Program-made: the position numbers and the translations under genes
Part shown: positions 1 through 11,642 of the stretch, piece by piece
Layout of the letters: every line of letters begins with the position of its first letter
Position numbering within the stretch: position 1 is the first letter of the stretch
Notes under the pieces: model-generated
The model's database searches: none
Seen by the model: only the letters and a program-made list of their open reading frames with translations
What the model was told of the DNA's origin: nothing
Source of the DNA: Convolutriloba macropyga
Lineage: Eukaryota
Direction: 5' to 3'
NCBI RefSeq assembly: GCF_964194025.1
Contig: NC_134478.1
Coordinates: 25,296,001-25,360,000 of the forward strand
DNA: 64,000 bases

Positions 1-663
1 TTTTCAGCACATCAATAGAGCTTTCGTCGAATCCTGTGCACTCAAAATTTTACTTCAAAACTACTTCTGAAATTTTGCTCCAATCTTTTTTGTTTTACAG
101 GCTTGGCAATTGTCACGTCTCTTGTTCACTGTCATTTTCACCGTTGCTCAATATAGTTAAATTTGCTCGAAAAAAACTGATAAAAATGCTGTTTTTTCTT
201 CCAGTGGACCGAAAAGAAACCGGAGAAAAAAATAACAAAACAAAGAAATATTGCCTTTCTTGTTTGACTTTTTGTGGCTGCCGCAAGCGCAATTGTTTCC
301 GGAACAGTCATTAACTTTCAAATTTTCATTTGAATTTAACTCAAGATTGTAGTTTTTGTGCAGCAATTTCTGTTTAAGGAGATAGCTGTGAGTTTTGGTC
401 TTTGAGAAGTCAGTCTTCTTCTCAACAACGAGAGGTCAGTCTTCTTGAATCTTTTTGGTCGATGTATTTTAATACGCTGACGTTCGTTTAATTTGCTTAT
501 GCCTGTATATATTTGTGTATTTGACTAATTGTAATTTATTGTTTGAGGTCAATTTAATAATTAGTTTTTGTTGGTTAATTTGAGTCAATTGTAGCGAAAG
601 AAAGCAAACTCTTTGAAAGCAAAACCCTTTGATTATAGCGAATGAAATCAAACTGAAGGTCAA

Positions 664-1075
664 TTTATATATAAGTGATAAGCATGAATACCTTGACAAC
701 TAAACAGAGCTAATTCAATATGCAGAAGACACAATCGTTCTCACATCTAATACCTCAATCAAGGATGCAAAAATATTAGAAAGGAAACACAAAAATTATT
801 TACTTTTTTCCAATCAAGTGAGTTAAATCGCAAATGGTTGTTGACAAAATAGCCATTGATGAATAAGAGGCAATCAAAGAATTAGGTCGTCACATTGATA
901 ATTTATTAGCGTTCCAAGAACAAGCAAAACACCTACAAAAAATGGCTTCCGGTTTTAAGATTTTTGATACAATAAAGAGAACCATTCGAGACAATATGAA
1001 AAACTCATTCTGAAAGCATTAGTTTTGAGTCACATTCATTATTCAGCAACTATCATTCAGTCTAATAACAAAAGC
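664..1075 (+). pseudogene. Decayed non-LTR retrotransposon (CR1/L2 group) RT C-terminal fragment
   Basis: Manual translation gives IQYAEDTIVL (YADDT-like), ELGRHIDNLLAFQEQ (cf. YLGVxIDxxLxF) and KLILKALVLSHIHYS (cf. LVLSHLDY), in the expected order and with frameshifts. Confidence 0.55.
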
Positions 1076-2920
1076 CTGAAAACAAAAGGCAAATCACTAA
1101 AATCACTCATTCAAGGAAAATAAAACTAAATTTTACATATCTACAGTTGTATCTACAAAATTTTACATCTGAGCAAATTTAATTTTTTGATTTGATTTAA
1201 TAGATGCAGATCGACATGTTTTTTATTTTAAAAAAACCTAAATAAATTACCTTAAACATACTTTGGTTTTGTTCCATTGTAAAGTTGAAACTTTCGTTTC
1301 GTAACGTGTCTGTTTTTCAAATTTCGTCTCCAAACTAAGATTTCAGCGTCAATTCTCAAGTTCGGTATTCGTCGCGCGTGTTGATGGCTGGTTTCAGTGT
1401 TCTTATATTGAGCGCCTCTAGTGCTATTAACTCAGATTGGTTGCTGCATTGGTCTAATATCTTCCACTGGAAAGCTGTTTTATCACCGTTGCAATCAATT
1501 GAATGAATTCCCATCAGTGAGTCCGCCTTTTTTGCTCTGCAACCTTTGAGGTAATATGTCGGCATCTCTGCCCTACATAGATGGATTTGAATCCATTACA
1601 ATGGTGTTCATAAACCACGTGGGATTTGAGGTCTTTATCAAAGCTAGACTTGAGGCTAGGTAAACAACTTTTAAATTACTGAGTGATGAAAATTGTCAGT
1701 ACAGGATAGATTTTGTTCAGCATATTTACAATTTCATTAGAAATGTTGCCTCTCTACTCTGATACAAATTGTTGTTTCCCAGTTTTTTTCTGTTTGTTTA
1801 CGGCTACGCCAGAGTTATATCCTTTTCTTTATTCTTTCATTTGCAGCTGGTTAAAAATATCTCTGACAAAATTCCCTACCCAATGCCTAGGATATTGACT
1901 ACGTTCCTATTTTTTAGTTTTTTGTGAATGTTTCAAGGAAGGCTTCCCAATTCCCTGTATTATTTTTCCCTGTATTATCCTTTTCTTATGTTGAAGGGTG
2001 CACAGCTACGATAGTTCGGAATTGTTTCAATTTCTGATGGATTTTGATACCATATGCAACAAATCGTACCCTATGGTTGCACGTTAATTGACATGTCCAA
2101 AAATGGCACACTGTTTATGTCATCCGTTGCTTCTAATGATAATTGGAAAATTAAATAGATATTCCGTGTTACCGATTCACTGACATTTTGCGTGGAACCG
2201 TCTATTGCAGATTAGACAATCAACACCCCGGGAACGTGCTGTCACGCGGCGTTCGCAATTGCGACAGATGCGCCATTGTGCTTTGGTTTTAGATTTAGGT
2301 TTCTGTAATTTCAATTGTGGCTCCCATGATTTCATCCAAAGGTTAGCCAAAATCACTGCGAAGGACGCATCCATTGCTAACCCGTCTTTCTGACAGTACC
2401 AACTTTCATTGCACTTGACATGGACATTTGTGACGGCTAATTCAAGCATACGTTTCATTGTTGTTCTAGATATGTTTTGTTTATCGTCCCTAGCATAAAG
2501 CGATCGCAGGGCAATGTTTATGGCTTTCTTTACGGGAACGTTCTCGTATAAACTTTTAACATCTAATCATAGAATTTTTTCATCTTTTCCAAGTTTTATT
2601 TGCTCCAGAGGCTTTCGTGCGTCATTGGTGTTAGTTTCTATGTTTGCTGCTTCAATCTTTTGGAAAATGGGATTTAGAGACTTGTTAAAATTATGGTTTG
2701 GAAAGTTCATTATGGTTTAGTTTGGAAAGTTCAATTAAATTTATGGTTTGTTAAGTTTAAAATTTGGAAAGTTCATTCCTTAGAAAAGCTCTAAAGGACT
2801 GGAATTCTTTACCTTGTCAATTAAGAAAAAACAAAAGTAAAAATCTGTAAATGGGCTAAATATTGTATAAACGAAAATATTTCTAGATTTACAAAAGGAT
2901 TGTCAATTTAAAAATTTCTT

Positions 2921-2957
2921 CCGAACTTTTTCGAACTGTGAGTGCATCGTCAGGTTA
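2921..2957 (-). ncRNA. Degenerate minimal hammerhead ribozyme in PLE pseudo-LTR
   Basis: Minus strand reads C-CTGACGA-T-GCAC-TCACA-GTTC-GAAA-AAGTTC-GG, about 290 nt downstream of the GIY-YIG stop. Stem II has one mismatch and stem I is weak. Confidence 0.45.
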
Positions 2958-3241
2958 TAAACAATACAAAATGCGAAAAAAAGAGCCTAAAAAATGCAAA
3001 TCACTAAAATCAATCATTCAAGGATATTTAAAACGAATTTTTACATATGTTCAATCGTATTTACAAAATATTTACATCTGAGTAAAAATGCATTTTCGAT
3101 TTGATGTAGCAGATGCATATCGACTTGTTTTTTATTAAAAACCTACATATATTGCTTTAAACTTACTTTGGTTTTGTTCAAATGTAAAGTTGAAATTTTT
3201 GTTTCGTAACGTGTCTTTCAAGTTGGATTTTCATCTCCAAA

Positions 3242-3631
3242 CTAAGTTTTCAGTGTCCATTCTCGTGTTCGGTATTCATCGCGCGTGTTAATGTCAAGTT
3301 TCAGTGTTCTTATATAGAGCGCCTCTAGTGTCATTAAATTAGATGGGTTGCTGCATTGGTCTAGTGTCTTCCACTGGAAAATTGTTTTATCACCGTTGCA
3401 CTCGATTGCATGCACTCCCATCGGTGAGTCCGCCTTGGCATGCTCTGCAACCCTTGTGGTAATATGTCGACATGTCTGCCCTATAGAGATGGATTTGCAT
3501 CCATTACAAATGAGTTCATAAACCACGTGCGATTTGAGGTCTTTATCAAAGCTAGACTTGAGGCTAGGTAAACAACTTTTAAAGTTCTGAGTGATGAAAA
3601 TTGTCAGTACAGGATAGATTTTGTTCAGCAT
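3242..3631 (-). pseudogene. PLE GIY-YIG endonuclease domain (best-preserved copy)
   Basis: VVYELICNGC / SIGQTCRH..R..EH / LEALYI / IN motifs. Paralogous pieces at 1336-1710 and 5152-5520. Confidence 0.88.
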
Positions 3632-4827
3632 ATTTGCAATTTCATTAGAAATGTTGCCTCTCTACTGTGATACAAATTGTTGTTTCCCAGTTTTTTTCTG
3701 TTTGTTTACGGCTACGCCAGAGTTATATCCTTTTTTTTATTCTTTCATTTGCAGCTGGTTAAAAATATCTCTGACAATATTCCCTACCCAATGCCTAGGA
3801 TATTGACTACGTTCCTATTTTTTAGTTTTTTGTGAATGTTTCAAGGAAGGCTTCCCAATTCCCTGTATTATTTTTCCCTGTATTATCCTTTTCTTATGTT
3901 GAAGGGTGCACAGCTACGATAGTTCGGAATTGTTTCAATTTCTGATGGATTTTGATACCATATGCAACAAATCGTACCCAATGGTTGCACGTTAATTGAC
4001 ATGTCCAAAAATGGCACACTGTTTATGTCATCCGTTGCTTCTAATGATAATTGGAAAATTAAATAGATATTCTGTGTTACCGATTCACTGACATTTTGCG
4101 TGGAACCGTCTATTGCAGATTAGACAATCAACAACCCGGGAACGTGCTGTCACGCGGCGTTCGCAATTGCGACAGATGCGCCATTGTGCTTTGGTTTTAG
4201 ATTTAGGTTTCTGTAATTTCAATTGTGGCTCCCATGATTTCATCCAAAGGTTAGCCAAAATCACTGCGAAGGACGCATCCATTGCTAACCCGTCTTTCTG
4301 ACAGTACCAACTTTCATTGCACTTGACATGGACGTTTGTGACTGCTAATTCAAGCATACGTTTCATTGTTGTTCTAGATATGTTTTGTTTATCGTCCCTA
4401 GCATAAAGCGATCGCAGGGCAATGTTTATGGCTTTCTTTACGGGAACGTTCTCGTATAAACTTTTAACATCTAATCATAGAATTTTTTCATCTTTTCCAA
4501 GTTTTATTTGCTCCAGAGGCTTTCGTGCGTCATTGGTGTTAGTTTCTATGTTTGCTGCTTCAATCTTTTGGAAAATGGGATTTAGAGACTTGTTAAAATT
4601 ATGGTTTGGAAAGTTCATTATGGTTTAGTTTGGAAAGTTCAATTAAATTTATGGTTTGTTAAGTTTAAAATTTGGGAAATTCATTCCTTAGAAAAGCTTT
4701 AAAGGACTGGAATTCTTTACCTTGTCAATTAAGAAAAAACAAAAGTAAAAATCTGTAGATGGGCTAAATATTGTATAAACGAAATTATTTCGAGATTTAC
4801 AAAAAATTGTCAATTTAAATCTTTCTT

Positions 4828-4864
4828 CCGAACATTTTCTAACTGTGAGTGCATCGTCAGGTTA
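4828..4864 (-). ncRNA. Second degenerate hammerhead copy
   Basis: Minus strand reads CCTGACGATGCACTCACAGTTAGAAAATGTTCGG, at the same position in the next unit. Confidence 0.4.
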
Positions 4865-6390
4865 TAAACAATACAAAATGTGAAAATAAATAGCCTAAAA
4901 AAAGTGCAAATCACTAAAATCAATCATTCAAGGTTATTTAAAACGAATTTTTACATATCTTCAATCGTATTTACAAAATATTTACATCTGAGTAAAAATA
5001 CATTTTCGATTTGATGTAGCAGATGCATATCGACTTGTTTTTTATTAAAAACGTACATGTATTGCTTTAAACTTACTTTGGTTTTGTTCAAATATAAAAT
5101 TGAAATTTTCGTTTCGTAACGTGTCTTTCAAGTTGGATTTTCATCTCCAAACTAAGCTTTCAGTGTCCATTCTCGTGTTCGGTATTCATCGCGCGTGTTA
5201 ATGGCAGGTTTCAGTGTTCTTATATAGAGTGCCTCTAGTGTCATTAACCTAAATGGGTTGCTGCATTGGTCTAGTGTCTTCCACTTTAAAGCTGTTTTAT
5301 CACCGTTGCACTCGATTGCATGCACTCCCATCGGTGAGTCCACCATGGCATGCTCTGAAACCGTTGTGGTAATATGTCAACATGTCTGCCCTATAGAGAT
5401 GGATTTGCATCCATTACAAACGAGTTCATAAACCACGTGCGATTTGAGATCCTTATCAAAGCTAGACTTGAGGATAGGTAAACAGTTCTTAAGTTTCCGA
5501 GTGGTGAAAATCGTCTGTACATGAATTTTGTTCAACTTCTTTACAAATTTATTAGAGATGTTGCCTCTGTGCTGTAACACTAACTGTTGTTTCTCAGTAT
5601 TTTCCTGTTTGTTTACGGCTACGCCAGAGTTATATCCTTTTCTTTGTTCTTTCTTTCGCAGCTGTTTAAATATATCCTTGACAATATTCCCTACCCAATG
5701 CCTAGGATTTTGATTACGTTCCTTTTTTTCATTTTTTGTCAATGCTTCATGGAAGGCTTCCCAATTGTTGGGGCTTCGGAACGGGCGGTGTATTTTTCCC
5801 TGTATTATCCTTTTCTTATGTTGAAGGGGTGCACAGCTACGATAGTTCGGAATTGTTTCAATTTCTGATGGTTTTTGATAGCATTTGCAACAAGTACCCT
5901 CTGGTTGCACGTTAATTGATATGTCAAGAAATGGCAGACTGTTTTTGTTATCCGTTTTTTCTAATGTAAATTGGAGAATTAATTAAAAATTCTGTGTTAC
6001 TGATTCGCTGACATTTTGGGTGGAACCGTCTATTGCAGATTAAACACTCAACACCCCGGGAACATGCTGTCACACGGCGTTCGCAATCGCGACAGATGCG
6101 CCATTGAGCTTTGGTTTTAGATGTAGGTTTCTGTAATTTCAATTGTGGCTCTTACGATTTCTTCCAAAGGTTAGCCAAAATCACTGCGAAGGACGCAGCC
6201 ATTCCTAACCCGTCTTTCTGACAGTACCAACTTTCATTGCACTTGACATGGACGTTTGTGACGGCTAATTCAAGCATGCGTTGCATTGTTGTTCTAGGTA
6301 TGTCTTGTTTATCGTCCCTAGCATAAAACGATCGCAGGGCAAATTTTATGGCTTTCTTTACGGGAACGTCGTTGTTTAAAATTTTAACAT

Positions 6391-7377
6391 CTAATCATAG
6401 CATTTTTTCATCATCTCAGTATTTTCCTGTTGTTTTACGACTACACCCGCATTATATCTATGTCCTTTTCTTTGGTCTTTCATTCGCAGCTGGTTAATTG
6501 TATCCTTGACAATATTCCCTACCCAATGCCTAGGATATTGATTACGTTCCCAAATTTCTTCATTTTTGGTCAATGCTTCCTGGAACGCTTCCCAATTGCT
6601 GGTGGCTTGGAACAGGCGGTGTATTGTTCCCTGTATTATGCTTTTCTTACGTTGTAGGGGTGCACAGCTACGATAGTTCAGAATTGTTCCAGTATCTGAT
6701 GGTTTTTGAAACCATGTGCAAAAAATTTTCACCTCCGGATGTACGTTAATTGACATGTCCAGAAATGGCAAACTGTTTTTATCATCTGTTGTTTCTAATG
6801 TAAATTGGAGATTTGGATGGAGGTTATTGACCGCATCTAACAGCTCTTTTGTCTCACCTCTAACTGTTCTCACAATATCATCGACATATCTTAGGAACAC
6901 TTTAGTTTCGTTCGAATGGTTAATGTCAATCTGATCAATTTCACGACAGAATGCGCGCATCCAGAACTGGTTTTCCATGCTATCATATTCTGTGTTACTG
7001 ATTTGCTGACATTTTGCGTGGAACCATCTATTACAAACTTCACACTCAACAACCCTGGAACGTGCTGTCACATGGTGTTCGCAATTGCGACAAGTGCTAG
7101 ATTGTGTTTTGGTTTTACATTTAGGTGTCTGTAATTTCAGTTGTGGCTCCTGCGATTTCATCCAAAGGTTAGCCAAACTCAATGCGAAGGATGCACACAT
7201 TGCTAACCCGTGTTTCTGACAGTACCAACTTTCATTGCACTTGACATGGACGTTTGTGACGGCTAATTCAAGCATGCGTTTCATTGTTGTTCTAGGTATG
7301 TCTTGTTTATCGTCCCTAGCATAAAGCGATCGCAGGGCAAATTTTATGGCTTTCTTTACGGGAACGTCGTTGTACAA
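6391..7377 (-). pseudogene. PLE reverse transcriptase core with inserted PHD finger
   Basis: 328-aa ORF: motif B' (GLAM..LANLWM), then CRNC-x11-CEVC-x4-H-x2-C-x16-WM(R)AFC, then RYVDD and the thumb. Confidence 0.88.
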
Positions 7378-7388
7378 ACTTTTAACAT

Positions 7389-8385
7389 CTAATCATAACA
7401 TTTTTTCATCATCTCAGTATTTTGCTGTTGTTTTACGGCTACACCCGCGTTATATCTATGTCCTTTTCTTTGGTCTTTCATTCGCAGCTGGTTAATTGTA
7501 TCCTTGACAATATTACCTACCCAATGCCTAGGATATTGATTACGTTCCCAAATTTCTTCATTTTTGGTCAATGCTTCATGGAACGCTTCCCAATTGCTGG
7601 TGGCTCGGAACAGGCGGTGTGTTGTTCCCTGTACTATGCTTTTCTTATGTTGTAGGGGTGCACAGCTACGATAGTTCAGAATTGTTCCAGTATCTGATGG
7701 TTTTTGATACCATGTGCAAAAAATTTTCACCTCCGGATGTACGTTAATTGACATGTCCAGAAATGGCAAACTGTTTTTATCATCAGTTGTTTCCAATGTA
7801 AATTGGAGATTTGGATGGAGGTTATTGACCGCATCTAACAGCTCTTTTGTGTCACCTCTAACTGTTCTCACAATATCATCGACATATCTTAGGAACACTT
7901 TAGTTTCTTTCGAATGGTTAATGTCAGTCTGATCATTTTCACGACAGAATGCGCGCATCCAGAACTGGTTTTCCATGCTATCATATTCTGTGTTACTGAT
8001 TTGCTGACATTTTGCGTGGAACCATCTATTACAAACTTCACACTCAACAATCCTGGAACGTGCTGTCACATGGTGTTCGCAATTGCGACAAGTGCTAGAT
8101 TGTGTTTTTGTTTTACATTTAGGTGTCTGTAATTTCAGTTGTGGCTCCTGCGATTTCATCCAAAGGTTAGCCAAAATCACTGCGAAGGACGCACCCATTG
8201 CTAACCCGTCTTTTTGACAGTATCAACTTTCATTGCACTTGACATGGACGTTTGTGACGGCTAATTTAAGCATACGTTTCATTGTTGTTCTAGGTATGTC
8301 TTGTTTATCGCCCTAGCACAAAGCGATCGCAGGGCAAATTTTATGGCTTTCTTTACGGGAACGTTGTTGTTTAAACTTTTAACAT
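7389..8385 (-). pseudogene. Second PLE RT-PHD core (~1 kb tandem duplicate)
   Basis: The 269-aa ORF 7389-8198 is near-identical to 6391-7377 with a 998-bp offset. The same junction (QQENTE joined to DEKM.LDVK) occurs at ~6410, 7410 and 8405. Confidence 0.88.
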
Positions 8386-8435
8386 CTAATCATAGGATTT
8401 TTTCATCATCTCAGTATTTTCCTGTTGTTTTACGG

Positions 8436-8816
8436 CTACACCCGCGTTATATCTATGTCCTTTTCCTTGGTCTTTCATTCGCAACTGGTTAATTGTATCC
8501 TTGACGACATTCCCTACCCAATGCCTAGGATATTGATTACGTTCCCAAATTTCTTCATTTTTGGTCAATGCTTCCTGGAACGCTTCCCAATTGCTGGTGG
8601 CTCGGAACAGGCGGTGTATTGTTCCCGCTACACCCGCGTTATATCTATGTCCTTTTCCTTGGTCTTTCATTCGCAACTGGTTAATTGTATCCTTGACGAC
8701 ATTCCCTACCCAATGCCTAGGATATTGATTACGTTCCCAAATTTCTTCATCTTTGGTCAATGCTTCCTGGAACGCTTCCCAATTGCTGGTGGCTCGGAAC
8801 AGGCGGTGTATTGTTC
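8436..8816. repeat. 192-bp in-frame tandem duplication within PLE thumb region
   Basis: ctacacccgcgttat occurs at 8436 and 8628. ORF 8386-8973 shows GTIHRLF...YNAGVA twice. Confidence 0.9.
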
Positions 8817-9262
8817 CCTGTATTATGCTTTTCTTATGTTGTAGGGGTGCACAGCTACGATAGTTCAGAATGGTTCCAGTATCTGATGGTTTTTGAAACC
8901 ATGTGCCAAAAAATTTTCCCCTCCGGATGTACGTTAATTGACATGTCAAGAAATGGCAAACTGTTTTTAACATCTGTTGTTTCTAATGTAAATTGGAGAT
9001 TTGGATGGAGGTTATTGACCGCATCTAACAGTATAGTGAACCATAATGTATGACATGCTCATAGATTACATATTATACGCAAAATTCGAAATTTTCATAA
9101 ACGAATAGGAGAACAAAAAGAGATGGTTACTAATAGTAAACCCGATTTTAACAATTTAGAGAAAGCATCATAAATAATGATGGGAATCATTATGGAATTT
9201 CATCTTGACGCGACAGGTCAAGGAATGTTTGTTCATAACGGGATTCGTCAAGCAGGTAAACC

Positions 9263-9642
9263 TGTTATCTGTTAGTTTAACTAACAGGGACCCGTGCGGT
9301 AGAAAATAACTAAAGTCCCAAGGAGATTAACGAAAATGGGTAAAAATAACCTAAGATTAATTAACCACTGATGGGACTGAAACCAAAGAACATATTCATA
9401 ACTAAACCTTACACAATCGAGCTGCCTCTCTTTAATTGCTTTACAGCTCTCATCTTCACAAAACTTCTAATTTTTACAAGCAATAGACCTAACTTTGTAT
9501 TAAACAGATTTTACATTTACATCTGCTCAAATAAATTCAAGTCTGAAACTTGGAAAATTTTCCTCAGTAACTCCGAGGTTTAAAGTGCTTAAGAATAACA
9601 CCCAACCCAAACCGTAACCGTAGACAGTGCACGGATATTACA
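9263..9642 (+). repeat. Putative 5' LTR (TG...CA), followed by PBS TGGCGACAGAG at 9644
   Basis: Ends ...GATATTACA, then 1 nt, then TGG. AATAAA near 9530. The left boundary (9263 vs 9270) is uncertain because there is no second LTR to compare. Confidence 0.6.
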
Positions 9643-10667
9643 CTGGCGACAGAGATTTAAAGGAAAATTAACATTTTAAAATTTTAACAAATTTGTTGGT
9701 AGGGAGACGCAAATAAAAAGGACTTTAACCCCAAAAACTCCGAGAATCAAATTTTTCTCGAGACAAAACACAATATTTGGGATAACAAATCTTCAATTTC
9801 CACCATTTTCCACCAATTTTTGTGGAAATCAATTGCAGAAGTCACAGCGGAGGAAATCAGTCGCAGGAAACCAGTCGCAAGAAAACAAGAGAGAAATTAC
9901 TCGCGTGGTGCTATCTTTTACTCGTTGGTGGAGACAGAAACTTCCTTGTGTGGAAAGATCGGATCATACCAAGTGAGTAGAAAAAAAAAGTTCTTTCTTG
10001 TTGTTGTTGTTGTTCGGAATTGAAACTGATCGCCCTTGCGTAAGTCTTTTTAGTCTAGGAACTATTTTTTTCTTTCGGCCTTATTTGCTAAATTGACTTT
10101 TAGACAACGAGCGGCATAACCATCGGGAAAAAAGTGCGGAATAGTCGCGTTGTAAAATCAATTGAAACAGTTGCTGAAAGTTGTATATTGACTTTTTCTG
10201 GAACTACCATTAAAAAAGAACATAAAGCGAAAATAGTTGAAAAGGTAGCAATAAGCAGGAAAAAGGAAAAGAAAACTAAAGCACCTAATATCATATTTGT
10301 CGTAAATAGGAAAGAAAATATATTAAAAACATCAATAAAACAAGGAAATGGGAGTTCAGCCAAAATCATATTAAAAAAAAGTTAGGTGGGACAGTCGTCT
10401 ATAAGACTGTAAATTAAAACTTCCTTAAAAATAAAGAAAAATATATAAGTAAGTAAAAAAAGAACTGCCATGTTGAAATAAGCGTTAGATTTTTATAAAC
10501 AAAAATTTTTAAACATTAAAATAAAGAGAGTGCTATAGAAATTCAAAGATAAAAAAAGAAAACACCTTCCAGTGACGATCTAATTGATAATTATTTTATA
10601 GAAACTATTAATTTCAACAACTTAACAAAGTTTTAAAAGGGCACGATACAAGTAGGGGAAAAATAAA

Positions 10668-11642
10668 ATGGCAACGGGCTCAACCTCTAGAATGCTATAA
10701 CCGGAAGCATTTACCGCTTCAAACGACTTGGAAAGTTACCTGACGCATTTTGAGCTATAAGCGGAACTACAAAAGTGGAAAAGAACTGGAAGAGATCCGG
10801 CTCGCGAAGTTGATGAACGGCCGCATTACTTTGCACTTAGGCTACAAAAATCTGCCATAGAGTTCTATCGCACTCTACCGCAAGCTACACGAAAAATTTA
10901 TGATGAATGCGTTAAAGCTTTTCGAGAACACTACAGCGAAAAACCGGTCGTTTTCCGGGGACGGCTAGCTCGCCGAGTACAGCAACAAGGAGAAAAACTG
11001 ACAGATTTTCTGGGAGATTTAAAGCAGTTGGCTTTGAAAGCTTACCCAACGGAGTCGCAAGACATTAGAGAACAACTTGTTCTGAGATGATTTCTAGAAG
11101 GAAACAACCATAGTCAGTTGAGGTTAGATCTCAGAAAGCAAATCGGCGACAAGGATATGAAAATTGAAACAGTTTTGGAAAGAGCATTGCATCTGGAAGC
11201 TGTAACAAGAATAGAGGAGGAAGAGCAAACACCAAAAGTTGCGGTAATTAGACGAGATGAAACAAAAGATTTAGTGGAGGCCCTCACCAAGCTTGTGAAC
11301 CAATTGTCAGTAGATGACAAACAGCGAGAAAACCGTCGAAACCAATCTAGGGAGCGAAGCGGTTCCCGTGGACGGTGGGGTGACGACAGACGTGACAGAT
11401 GCCAGCAACAAGATCGTGAGTTTAACGATCGGCGGCGATTTCCAACGCCAGGACCTAGTCACCGAGACAGATCTTTAGGAAGAGAGGAACCGTCTGACAA
11501 GCAGGGTTTCAAGTGCAGAGCTTGTGGACAAGAAGAACACATTTCGAGGAATTGTCGAAATTGTTTCCTATGTGGAAGTTCCCAACAATTGAAAAGAAAC
11601 TGCCCTTTTAAAAAAAACCACCGAGAACTGCAATGTCATTAG
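10668..11642 (+). pseudogene. gag: Gypsy gag (in-frame stops)
   Basis: MATGSTSRML*PEAF..LESYLTHFE..; RVQQQGEKLTDF; zinc knuckles CRACGQEEHISRNC and CFLCGSSQQLKRNC. Confidence 0.85.

Larger units (their letters stand above)
1089..6390 (-). repeat. Three ~1.91 kb head-to-tail PLE units
   Basis: The anchor gcaaatcactaaaatca recurs at ~1089, 2996 and 4906. ORFs 2177/4085 and 2514/4422 are near-identical and 1908 bp apart. Confidence 0.9.
1089..9031 (-). mobile_element. Tandem array of truncated Penelope-like element (PLE) copies (RT + GIY-YIG)
   Basis: PLE RT motifs LDVKSLYNDVPV, QKDGLAMGAS..ILANLWM, FLRYVDD, LQFTLE..LPFLD and YQKPSDTG..LNYRS, plus a C-terminal GIY-YIG (HVVYELICNGC..IGQTCRHITTRVAEH..LEALYIRTLKPAIN). 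Copies are head-to-tail. Confidence 0.92.

Noticed and set aside
1-660. Short ORFs at the window start
   Set aside because: No recognisable motifs or splice structure; cannot be assigned.
6430-9053. Repeated plus-strand ORFs over the PLE (and similar antisense ORFs over other pol genes and tubulin)
   Set aside because: Antisense shadows of the real coding strand; they recur only because the DNA is duplicated.
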